Positions 39,711 to 52,579 of a stretch of DNA of 64,000 nucleotides are shown here, piece after piece. The position numbers and the translations under genes were made by a program. The notes under the pieces were generated by a model, which was given only the letters and a program-made list of their open reading frames with translations, ran no database searches and was not told the DNA's origin. Position 1 is the first letter of the stretch. Each line of letters opens with the position of its first letter. The DNA comes from Octopus sinensis. Taxonomy: Eukaryota. The DNA is taken from assembly GCF_006345805.1 (NCBI RefSeq), contig NC_043002.1:50282001-50346000 (forward strand). The letters are read 5' to 3'.

Positions 39711-40377
39711 CTCCTTGCAATGTGCTTCTTTTTAATAGATATGGGATTACTCTTATAATTCGCTTTCATCTGTATCTGCATGAGGAACAACACAACTTTT
39801 CATCTTTTAATTTGAATGCTAGAATTCTTTGAAAGTCAACAAAAGACTGGTCAATGATACGTATGGAATCGTTTGGGCAGAGACGAAAGCAAATAGTATC
39901 AAACTACTTGAGTCACAGACAAACAGCCGGTTACTGATATAATAACCTTGTAAACTTTATGAGATTTTACATGTCAACCAACCACAGGACGTGGGCCCCT
40001 ATATACCCACCTTGACACAAAAACCTTTCGCGGAAGATTAATAACTTTTTGGTATTGAATACTTTATAGAGATATTGCAAAGCTTCCAGCGGAATGCCAT
40101 TATCATGTTTCCAGAGGTGAATTATTCAAACCCCAAAGAATCCCTCTCAATACATAGCTATGACTACTTCTACTTATAATCAGAGATGCACATATCGTCA
40201 GCCACTAAGGGACATGGTCAACTGGTTACGGTCAAACAACTGACAAGCAAATCTGTGGTGTTGAGCAGAATATTTGCTGTAGCCCATCTTTTATACCAAG
40301 ACAAATTAATGTACATGATAACACTTCCAATCAGTTATTATTATTATTATTGTTGTTGTTGTTGTTGTTGTTAAAGA

Positions 40378-40570
40378 AGCGAGCTGGCAGAATCATTAAC
40401 GACATTTCTTCTGTCGCAACGTTCTGAGTGGAAATTCCGCCGAGGTTGACTTTGCCTTTCATCCTCTCGGGGTCGATAAATTAAGTACCAGTTGAATACT
40501 GGTGTCGATGTAATCGACTAGTCCCTCCCACCAAATTTCAGGTCTTGTGCCTTTAGTAGAAAAGATTATT
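40378..40570 (+). mobile_element. SINE family B
   Basis: gagctggcagaatc...ttccgccgaggttgactttgcctttcatcctctcggggtcgataaattaagtacc. Confidence 0.82.
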
Positions 40571-41466
40571 ACTATTATTGCTACTTGTCTCTTTTGTTGC
40601 GTTGTCCCTATGTATTTTGTGTCCAATTATTATTATTATTATTATTGTGTCCAATTATTATTATTATTATTAATTAGATTTTTTTCTTAAACGGACATGT
40701 CAGACACATCTCCACAAATTCAGATTTACCATGTAGCTGCTAACAAATTTTAAAAATTATTTAAAATCTTTTCTTTACTCCTTTGCCAATATAAGCCTTT
40801 TGGAACATTTCAATATCCACTCTGATAACCTTCGGGTAGAAAAATATGATTTGTCCTTGGACATTTCAAATTTTGTAAATATTCGTTTACTTGCGTTTTA
40901 ACAGAGTTTCTTCTTTTGGAGTGTAGCGGTAGCGGTGAGAAGTACATTGAAGGTTGCATTGATCATGCCTGCTTGGAGGAAAGAAAATTATAAAAACAAT
41001 TACGTAATTTTAAAAAATCACAACTAAAACCAAATTATACAAAAAAAAACATGACATTTAAACAAGTGAATACAGACATTTGTTCTTTAAAAAAATACAT
41101 AGAAAAGTGTCAATTCCACAACCGTATACATTGATAAAGACAAACTCTCACACTATAACATATATAAATAGCAACAAAACCATAAAAAAAGCAGTTTTCC
41201 AGTGTTATTCATGTGTCAGCTACATCAAAGAAATATAGATCTACACGGCAAGAAGAAAAGTGAAGAAATGACTGTGTTTCATTGTTTTTAGAATATGTTG
41301 AAGAAAGGTATGACACGTTTTGGCACAGCTGTCTTGGCGCCGCGTATTTGGCGTTGCTGATTCGATACTGACTTATTTGACATCAGCAATTTTAAAGCTT
41401 TTTTTCATTTTAATGTTTCTTTTGTTTTCTTTCTTTCTTTCTTCTTTCTTTCTTTCTTTTTTCTTT

Positions 41467-44400
41467 AGCTTTTTAAGGGACATTGTGAAGTAATCATGTC
41501 TTGTGACAACGGAGTTTTGCCATTTTAGATATTTGAAAAGTAAGAATGAGTCTAGAGAGTGGACAAAGGGAGGCAACAAGTGGCAAGTGGGGAAACTCAC
41601 TCTTCAGTATAATTGTTGAAATAGGCATGTGTAAGGATCAAGTAGTCAAGTTTGTATATTAAGGTGTGGTCTGTGCTTTTGCATGAACAGGTTTTCCTTG
41701 ATTAGGCATTCTTGTAAGGAGATTGAATCTTTGCACTGGTGTAATGGAAAAATATGGAAATTCCGTGTTTTATTTCTTGCGCATCTGTCAATATGTTCGC
41801 TTGGGCTATCTGCCTGTATTGAGGAAAACGAATCTGTTCTTTATGCAGTGTAACTCTGCGTCTCAAAGTAAGGCTCGTTTGGCCCACATAATTGTGGCCA
41901 CAACCTGAGTAGGTTAGGACATAGATAAGGTTCTGGGAAGCACATATGAAGTTGGTCTTAATTGAAAATTTCCCCCTTGCTGGAATGTGAATTCCGAGCC
42001 TTCATTTAGGTATGGGCATGTACCACAACGGGGTCGTCTGCATTTTTTAACTGTCGGTATCGTATGTGTTGAGTATAATTTGGCATTTTGTTAGGAGTCT
42101 CTTAAGTGATTTGTGTTGTCTTTTGCATTTGAGGAGTTTATGTGTATTTAGAATGTTGTTCATTTTCGGGTCTTGAGTGAGCAGAGGGAGATTTTGTATA
42201 ATTGTGTTGTATGTGTCATTGTTTCTGGGGTTGTGGGTTGATATGTATGGGAGTGATTTAGAGTGAGGTGTGGTGTTTTGTTTTGTTGTTCTTAGTGTGT
42301 CCAATTTCTTGGCACGTTTAATTCCATGGTCTATAAGTGCGGGTGGGTATTGACGTTCAATGCGTGTTATTTTGAGGTCTTGTAGGCGAAGTTCCCGAGT
42401 AGTTGTGTCAGATACAATTGTACAGATCCTTTTCGCTAGATTGAATGGGATATTTATTTTGCTGTGTTTAGGATGGCATGAACTGAAAAGGAGATACTGT
42501 TTTGAGTTTGTTATTTTGTAGTAGGTGTCAGTTGCAATTTGGTTGTTGGATTTTTTATAATAAAAATGTCCAGAAATGAGAGCTGTTCCTTGCTATATTC
42601 TATTGTAAATTGAATACTAGAGTTTATATTGTTCAGTGTAGATTTGAAATCCAGAAGTTTATCATAGGTTTCATTCCAAATGATAAAACAATCGTCTATG
42701 TACCTTTTCCAGTTTTCTCTTATATACTGGAAGAATGGGGGTCCAAATTTTTGGAACGACAGTTCATATAGGGTAGATTCAAAGAAACCCATTATTAGGT
42801 TCGCAAGGACAGGCGCTGCTTTGGCTCCCATCGAAATACCGCATTTTTAGTCGTAGTATGTTTCATCCAATAGGAAGTGATTGTTTTGTTGGATGAACTT
42901 CGGGGATTCTATGACAAAAGTTTGGTTCATGCGGTCCAGGAGAAATTCAGGGTATTTTTCTAACCAGAATTTTTATTGCCTCTATTCCGTAGTCATGTGG
43001 AATGTTAGTTAGAAGTTGGTGACATCGAAGGAAACTAGTAGAGCTTCTTCGTTGTTGGTTTTTGGTAGATGCTGTAGCATGACCAGATCGTCTCTCATGA
43101 AACTTTTAACGTATCTGAGGAAAGATTTCAATAGTATGTTCAGAAAGTTGCTTAGGCGGTGTGTTTCACAGGCTGGGTTCGCTATAATAGGCCTTAATTT
43201 TAAGTCTTCTGGTCTTGGGATATTTATGTATAGACCTGGATTTGATTTGCAGCCATTAGTAATTATTTGACTCTTGTGGATTTGGGGGAGGCCATAGAAA
43301 AAGCTTGGCTTGCATTTAAAGTCTGTGATATAATCTTTTTCTTTTTCTTTTTCTGTGAGGTCTTTTCCATGTTTGAGTATTAAAGATGCAAGATCTTTTA
43401 ATGTTTTTTGCTGCCTATAATTTGCAACTTTTTCATAAAAGGAGTCATTTTCTAGTATGGACAATGCTAGGTTTTTATAGTATTGTGTGTCCACCAGGAC
43501 TACAGCACTACCTTTGCTTCTTTGATTGTCAGGTCTTTGTCGTTTTTTAGTTGTAGTAGGTGCTCCCATTGTACGTTGTTGAAGTTTGGTACAATTTTTG
43601 GTTTATAGAGAGTGTGAGGAAAATTCTGGATACGGTTGCAGAAGTCGTCTAGTGTTTTATAGATAATTATTTTTGGTTTTCACTAGTGATTTGTCATCGT
43701 TGTTGTAGTTGGTTAGTGCTTCTATAAATGGAAGTTTTATACAGAATTATCCAATATTATCTTTAGACTCATTCTTACTTTTCAAGTATCCAAAATGGTG
43801 AGAATCCTTTGTCACAAGAAATGATTACTTCACAATGTCTCTTGAAAAGCTAATTTAAATCGCGAAAACCGGTTGGATATCACGACACTTATAAAATATG
43901 TATATATATAAATTTTTATTATGAAAAGATATTAAATTATGTGAAACGAAGGCATTTCTCTTCCACCTTTTATATATGTTTTCCACGTATTTTCAACTCA
44001 TAATTTTTCCGTGTTATATACTGATTCTCCAGTATTTTTTCTCCTTTTATATTTCTACCATTTGCCTCACGTGGTACTCAAAATGTCTGCGAAACCTACC
44101 TCCACCTCATCGGATAAAATTTCCAACGAGGACATCCTTAAAGAATTAAAAGAAATCAACACAAATTTAGTCACTCTAACCAACAAAATCGATGTACTAT
44201 ACCACCAAACCTGAGAAGGCTTAGAAAACGATCAAAGAGAGCAATCTACTGAGAAGACCATTCAAAATCTAAGTGAACGATGCACTACATTAAATGAATT
44301 CTTTACTAACATTTTCACAAATAATGCCGTAAAAGATACACTACAAAAATCACCCACCCCAAATGAAAACACACCAATTGCAGCATGTTTTATTAAAAAC

Positions 44401-45050
44401 CGTGTTAGTCACACTTGGTCCCAAAACCTCAACACCAGAAAACTCTCATTCTGGAACATGGTAAAAAATAACAATAAGCCACAAATATATGAAAAATGGA
44501 TCTACTCTACACCGTTAATCTTGCCACGCAAATTCCAAATCAAACCCATCCCAGATGAACCAGAACAACAACCGGAGAAACTAGCATTAGCACTAGAAAA
44601 AAATGAGAACAGAAATTGAATTACTTAAACTTAGAGCTAAGAATCCTGAACAAAAATATAAAACGGTCGATGACGTGATGATCACAGAACCCAAGATACA
44701 TGCCAATGAACAACTTCTACAAAATGTTATTAAACTATGGAAAGACGACTGTGAATCGGAAGAAATTAATTCACTACAACAATGGGAAAACAATATTAAC
44801 TTTTCCCTCAACTACGAATCTCAATTCAAAAGAGACTACACCTCAGACAACCTCTTTAAAAAAATCCAAAACAAATACATCCACAGAAACCAATAATCGT
44901 ACACCCAGATCAAACTATAAATACAGACACAAAACTACCCCACCACTGGGAAATCAACTACCACCTACCTTACAATAGGAACCCCCCCCCATTAATAGGA
45001 AACACCAATAAGAACCACCCATTAATTGGAAAAACCCTAGGACTAGGAAT
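41467..45050 (-). mobile_element. Penelope-like retroelement (RT + GIY-YIG, frameshifted) with an inverted 5' segment
   Basis: Minus strand: KGSAVVLVD, LRPIIANPACETHRLS, SFDVTNF, MGAKAAPVLANL, WKRYIDDCFIIW, NLIYVLTYSGCGHNYVGQT (GIY-YIG). The pLTR stretch tagactcattcttacttttcaa...cacaatgtc occurs at 43764-43855 (+) and 41467-41556 (-). ORF N-terminus starts at ATG 44083 on +. Confidence 0.88.
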
Positions 45051-45360
45051 AATAATAATGATTATTATTATTTCAATTCTTTCCCTCCAACAACTTGAGA
45101 CAGGGTATCTTACCTGCTCCTCAACATAGGAATTCAACTTTCGGAACTTCAACTCTCTCACCCAGACAAAAAGAACAATTAGGAATAAGGATAAGTTAAA
45201 ATTACTACCTGCTTTTATAGCAAGTTGATGCCACCACCGTTTACGTCGACATCATCTCCGCCTTTCGTTTCTCTTCGACTTTTAGTTCATGCAATTGAAA
45301 AAACCGCATTATTTATGGGATGACCCAATGTATATATATATATATATATTATTATTATTA

Positions 45361-45384
<24 letters not shown>

Positions 45385-45392
<8 letters not shown>

Positions 45393-45721
45393 GAGACCCC
45401 CTTCGGTCATGACTGACCGTGGGATTGCACCTAGACAGTTACCCTCCGAGGCACAAGTCTGGGCAAGGTTGTTTATGGAAGACCAGCAGTTACCCATGCA
45501 TACCAGCCTCCCCTCTCCACGCCACCAGTGTTATCCAAGGGAAAGGCAAAGGCCGATACAGCTTGGCACCTGTGACATCGCAACTCATTTCTACAGCTGA
45601 ATGAACTGGAGCAACATGTTGTGTTCTTGCTCAAGAACACAACACGCAGCCCGGTCCGGGATTCGAGCTCACAATCTCACGATCGTAAGCGCGACGCTCT
45701 AACCACAGAACCATGCGCCTC

Positions 45722-45722
<1 letters not shown>
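45385..45722 (-). mobile_element. tRNA-headed CORE-like SINE
   Basis: Minus strand ggaggcgcatggttctgtggttagagcgtcgcgcttacgatc..tcgaatcccgg..gtgttcttgagcaagaacac; ends in (AAT)n. Confidence 0.8.
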
Positions 45723-45803
<81 letters not shown>

Positions 45804-45823
45804 CATACACACACACACACACA

Positions 45824-45930
<107 letters not shown>

Positions 45931-45990
45931 CTAGCTGAAGGTGACCCGCTCTACGCGCGGGCAAGAGTGTGGTATATATATAATATATAC

Positions 45991-46026
<36 letters not shown>

Positions 46027-46944
46027 CAGATATATACACTTTGTATATATACATTATATATACATATTTATATATAGATACACACACACACACACATATA
46101 AATTAATTTCATTTTGAGGCCTCTGCTAATGTCCTGTGTAAGTGGTCGTCATTGAGAAGTAGTCCGCGCCTCAAACATGCTTCCTTATAAGTGGCGCAGA
46201 TGATACCATCAACCCTGCGAAGATCAGCAAAAGACTTCGGTCCAGTAACTACATGAAGCAGCATTCTCAAAAAGAAGATTTCCTGTTTGGTAGGATGAAT
46301 ATTATACACACGCCCAATGACGTTCTTCCTAGAAACACCGGGCCAATTGTCAAGTTCTGTTCCATGTGACCTGCGCTTCCAATTATTGTTGTTGTATGTG
46401 TAATATTCCGGTACTTCAGGGTAAATGAGAGTAGCAGCAAACTCATCAACTGAACACAATTTAAAAAACGCTGTAAGCGTAGTCCCTTTTGGATTTTCAA
46501 TAACTTAACGTGCATTTTTCTCTGTGAAGTAAACCAGCTGTCTCTTCTGTAAATGAACATTCAGGTGGAAAACTGATGGTGAGCTTAGATGAATCTCGTA
46601 TCCAAAAATGCGCCACGCTGCATAATTGGAGGATACATACCTACTGAAAACGAATTATTTAATTTCGTCATGTCTAAGGTCTTCATCACTGAACACAAAC
46701 ACGGCCATATCATCGCCCTTATTAATGTACTTGCAGAGGTATTGTATGCATCTCACCGAACTGCAGTACTCAACATTAATGTGTGCATTAAATGTTTTGG
46801 AAAGCAAAGGGTTGAATGGAACAATCCAGGCATTATCAACATCGAATGTTATTAACCGTTGTCTAACTGTAGCTGTGCGACCACCCAAACCTGTGTGGTG
46901 GTGGTGGCGATGATAATTGTCTGTATGAATGCAGACAGACGTGT

Positions 46945-46978
<34 letters not shown>

Positions 46979-47309
46979 TGTGTGTGTGTGTGAAAGCGCT
47001 GTAGAACGCCGTTTGACGAATCGACGTTATATATAGAAAGTGATGGGAAGGGAGGAAATAGAGTGAGTGAGTGAGGAAGACAGATACATAAAAGACTGAG
47101 AGTGGACTTGTCAAAGTGGGTTTTTGGCCCTAGCAACGACACCTTTTAAGATAGGGATTTCTAACGTAGCCCACGGGCATCGTCACCTCACTTTACATGT
47201 CCCTGTAAATTTTGGAGTCAATCCGACGGGGATGTAGTGGCGTTGAAAGCGGGCCAAGCGGCCGAGTCAAACAAACAAACTTTTCGCATTTCAGTTTTAT
47301 AAATAGAGA
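45931..47309 (-). mobile_element. Complete non-autonomous Helitron (1,379 bp) retaining a Rep-region fragment
   Basis: A|TCTCTATTTATAAAA 5' end at 47309; hairpin cccgc-gcgtaga-gcggg then CTAG|T at 45931; internal DNAWIVPFNPLLSKTFNAHINVEYCSSV..YLCKYINKG and GRVYNIHP...FFLRMLLHVVTGPKSFADLR. Confidence 0.9.
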
Positions 47310-47323
47310 TAAGTGATATATAT

Positions 47324-47369
<46 letters not shown>

Positions 47370-47371
47370 TA

Positions 47372-47408
<37 letters not shown>

Positions 47409-47413
47409 TAAAG

Positions 47414-47570
47414 GCGCGTAGTTTAGTGGAGTGGTTAGGTTACTCGGCTCACGATCGTATAGTTGTGAGTTCGTTTCTAGGTGACATGTTTTGTCCTTGA
47501 GCAAGACACTTTATTTCACGTTGCTCCAGTCCACTCATCTGGCAAAAATGAGTTGTACTTGCAATTCACG
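47414..47570 (+). mobile_element. CORE-like SINE fragment
   Basis: ggcgcgtagtttagtggagtggttagg...gtccttgagcaagacactttatttcacgttgctccagtccactca. Confidence 0.75.
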
Positions 47571-48364
47571 CTCAATCTCCCTAATTTTTCTTCTTCTTCG
47601 TCACAATCACCGCCACTGTCGTCGACGCCACCGTTTGCGTCGACATCATCTCCGCCTTTCGTCACCACCGCCTTCGTCACCGTCGTCGTATTCATCGTCA
47701 CCGTTTTTGTTGTTGATGTCAAGGATGCATATTTCTGTTTTCTGAAGGTGTACGCCACACATTGTTGATTCAACTACGCAATGTCGGTCGTTCGCCTCAG
47801 TCAAGCTTTGCCAATGACAATTTCATCATCATCGTCATCATCACCATCATCATCATCATCATCACTCGTTTTAAGTATTTATATAACTATATTTAACTGT
47901 ATTACATGATAAGAGTAGCTGAAGAAGACGTTGCTGACACAATCCTTCCTCCAGGTGTGTTTGTAATTTTGTCATGTCCAGAAGCTCTTGAGTCTTAGAA
48001 TTTCCATATTTGTTTCTTGTATTTTTTTTCCCGTGAGCACAGAATACGTCATGTGTTCATGGTGAAGTGAAAAGTCGTGTATCATGCATTTTGTATTTCT
48101 GTAGTCTCTATAGATGTAATCTTTTGCGGGGAAATGTTTCCGTAAAATATGTTTGATAAGACTGGTTTAAAGCTGTTTTCCAAATATGAATGTGTTACTA
48201 AAATATGTAGTTGTTTCAGCCTTGGGTCAGCCCTGATCAAAGAGGTTTGTTATGATCAAAGCCGTTGTAGCCTTGTTCGTTTCACCTTTTCTTTAAAATA
48301 TGGATGGTATTTTTTTGTTTTTGTTTTTGATTTTTTAAAAATGGTGAAAACTTTTGGTATGATT

Positions 48365-48705
<341 letters not shown>

Positions 48706-51479
48706 TTGGCTGAAATTGATGGGTGAGCGTTTGGCCCAAATGGATGCACAAAGAGCCGTGTAAGCGTTGATTTGTGGGTTCGATTTCGGCCTGGGCTAGC
48801 TCATCATTTTTCAGTCAATTGTTTATATATAAATGTTACTTTAAATCGGAGTATATATATTATTATTATGATATATGTATATATGTAGATGTGTATATGT
48901 ATGTATGTGTATACACACACACACATATAAAAACACATATATGATGGTTATTTCCTTGTAAATTTGTTAACTATTAATTTGATTTTTTTCTGTTGTGTCT
49001 AATGTAGTGTATGGGTATTGTAAAGTTGTTACATGTGTAGTGAAATTAATTTTATAATTGCATGTTTAGATTTAAATACTCGGAAATCGGCTCCAGGTGT
49101 AACTCTCTAATGATTGGTCATGCGACCAGTCATGTGACACTGAAATACTTTGTCCAGTCAAGCATTTGGATTGGTCTAGTTTACGCAGGATATGAAGTGC
49201 GTTGCAAAATAGACCACCAGACGCGGCAAGTTAAAAATGTTAGCCTGAGCCTCAATTTGTCAATAAATAACCAGAAATTTTTCATTTTCACCAGTGAGGT
49301 GAGAAAGAGAGAGCATGGAGAAGGGAGAATTTGTTTTCAAGAAGCCACGTCACATTATTTTTGTTCCTGTTGAAGCACGTGTAATCAAGTTTGACTGAGT
49401 TGAAAAGCCACCTATGAAAAGCTACCTGTGAAAAACCGCTTATTTTCTACAGTTCTACAGTTCATAGCCATCTATGAAAAGCCACCTATTTTCTACAGTT
49501 CACATTTTCTTCGCCATGTATTCATCAGGTTCGTTGTATAATTTTATTTAGCTGAAGATTAGTGACGCTCTTTAATAGAAATCGTGTTTTTTGTATCATT
49601 TCCATCATTTTATATGCAATTCATGAGAAGTAAGAATTTGTATTAAAAAGCCTAGAGACACGACCTTCCAGCTAAACATAATTTTTATCAAATTGGTTAT
49701 TTCATTTGTGTAATTTGGATATTGCTTTTATGTTTTTTTGTGAGTTACACTTTTTTAAGAAACTGAAATGATTTCTATGTAATATAATTGCGACATTATA
49801 TGTTATTTAGTTTATATTTTCAAATTTTAGACGTAACTCTTTACAGGGCTGTCGAAACTGGTGGGAATAAAAGAAGTAGGGATGAAGAAAATATCCTCAA
49901 ACCGAAGATCTGCCTCGAATTCTTGCAACTATGTGGACTAGCCTCCACTAAAACCATCCCAGGTGCTTGTTGGTGGTGTTAAACCAAGGGACGGATTATG
50001 TCTAACCCCAACCCACCCTCGAGCAGGCCATTGTGAGATTTTAACTCAGAATGCAAGGATCTAGAAGAAGCGATGTGATGGCATCAAGCATGGCGTTCTT
50101 ACAGTTCTACCAAACCATCATCATGGATTGGTACTTTATTTATCGATCAAGGAAGGATGAAAGGCAAGGTTGACTTTCATCGGCGGGATTTGAACTCAGA
50201 GTGGAGAAAGTTGGAACAAATGCTGAAAGTGAGTATTGTAACTGTCGCTGAAATGACTCTTGTCAGTTGACTGCTTTTATAGGATATATCATCATCGTCG
50301 TCGTCGTCACGATGAAGAGGAAAATTTTCTTTTAGAAAAGCAAAACTGAAAATTTGATATTTCTTGAGATTTGTAAAAAATCAAAAAAAAAAAAAGAAAA
50401 AAAAAAGTTGTTGCTGTGCCACTTTTATGTTGTACCACTATCCTTGTATTTATCATCATACTCTGGTGTAGATTATATCGACTTCGGCTCTATACCTCCT
50501 TAACAAAACTAAACAAAATGAAAAAGACATCTGTGGACTTGCATTAATATGAGACATTACTATTATTTCCACCTCTCATCTGCTTCATTTTACAACATGT
50601 CGCCTTGTCATCGTCGTATACTGCGACTCTCTCTCTCCTTCTCCCGGCCATTATCATTATTATGGGTTGTGTAGTACGGAGTCAACCTGTAAACTATATA
50701 TGTGCTTGCATGAGAACTGTACAATTAACTGAACCCTGACTACAGTCTCACTCAGGTAAGTATTTGAGTAGATACTAACGTGACCTGTTTTCACTATTAC
50801 ACACAATAGATCATACAGAATACCAGGAACCAAAATAAAAATCACCGCTTACTCTAACATGAGCAAAATCAGATATTCAGTAGCAGAACATTAAAGACCA
50901 GAAAGCTGCAGTGACTGTTGAATATCACAAGGCAGTTGCAGAAAGCATATATTAATATTGCACGCTATCTTTCTAACTAACGAAAAGTTTCTCAATGCCA
51001 CGGCAGAATATGGTGGCCTCTGTAGTAATAAATCAATCATTTGAGTTGCAATGAAATTCTCGTAAGAATCTGGATGAGAATTCCAATAGCTATGGTAACT
51101 GCCAAAATGGACATAAAAATGGCAAATCAAATGACAATTTTGAAGAACCATGAATATATTCCCCTCTTCAGTATTTCCATGAACTGAATGTTCTACATTT
51201 AAATAACAAACTATTCGTAGTTTGATGAAAAAAAAATTATGTAGCTTAACTAGCAAAGAAGCAACAACAATTTATGTTGAAGAATCAGCTATCATTACGA
51301 TATGCATGGAATGGAATATCTATAAAACCTGTCACATTGGATGATAAATGTCACCTGTGTAACACGGAACAACAATACACCATTTTCTATGTCAGATGGA
51401 ATAATATATCATATCCTCTCAGGACATGATGTATTGTTCTAATTATTATCTTTGCTAATATATGCATACGTAGCATATA

Positions 51480-51510
51480 TAGCATGTATATATATATGTG
51501 TGTGTGTGTG

Positions 51511-51550
<40 letters not shown>

Positions 51551-51605
51551 TATATATATTATATATATATATATTATATATATATATATATATAATATAT
51601 ATATA

Positions 51606-51636
<31 letters not shown>

Positions 51637-51737
51637 GGTACATAGACAATATGCAGGCATACATACATATAGATAAATAGGTACATGGATAGATTGATAG
51701 ATATACACACACATCTATATGCGTATATATAATATCA

Positions 51738-51773
<36 letters not shown>

Positions 51774-51836
51774 CTATATATCTATATGTATATATACATA
51801 TACATATATATATGCATTTATATATATGTGTATGTG

Positions 51837-51869
<33 letters not shown>

Positions 51870-52040
51870 GTATATGTTTGTATATACATAGATATATATA
51901 CATGTGTTTGTATATACATATGTATACATATACGTGTGTGTATATATATGTATATATGTGTATATTTATGTATATATATAATGCAATATATATATATGTT
52001 TGTATGTAAATATGTATATTTATACTGATATGTATATATC

Positions 52041-52071
<31 letters not shown>

Positions 52072-52140
52072 GTTTGTATGTGTGCGTATGCATACATACA
52101 TACACACACATATATGTATGTATATTTGTATGCATGTATG
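51480..52140. repeat. Compound (TA)n/(TG)n microsatellite
   Basis: Dinucleotide repeats throughout. Confidence 0.95.
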
Positions 52141-52536
52141 CACACAGACATATAAGCAGGTGTAAATGACGAGAGGTAGAGATCAAAACATAGCGACGGA
52201 TGTATTAAGACACACCGCAAGCTGCATCTTTTGATTACCGGATAAACGTGCTAAAGTTTACACAGCACAATAAAGTGGCCGTTATTTTTACTTATATTTC
52301 AATCTCTGTAATTATTATACTTACACCTATTTTCAGTACTACTACTAATTCATTTCAACAGGAATCCTCTTACGATCCGTTTCCACTCAGTTTATCATAT
52401 AATTATGCGGAACAATAGACATACGCATATATATATATATATAAAATATTATTAGAGACAAAACCACTATTTTGCAAAACAAACAAGGAAAGACTTAATC
52501 AATACATAAAATTTTAATAAATAGTCAAAAAAACCG

Positions 52537-52579
52537 CCACTACAATTGTTTCTTGTCTTGATCGACAATCTTCAGGTGG
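52537..52579 (-). ncRNA. Minimal type I hammerhead ribozyme (inverted copy)
   Basis: Exact reverse complement of 58532-58574. Confidence 0.85.

Noticed and set aside
48765-48815. Minus-strand atgatga-gc..gcc-gaaa-tcga hammerhead-like motif
   Set aside because: C3 and U16.1 are both wrong and stem I is absent; at best a very decayed remnant.
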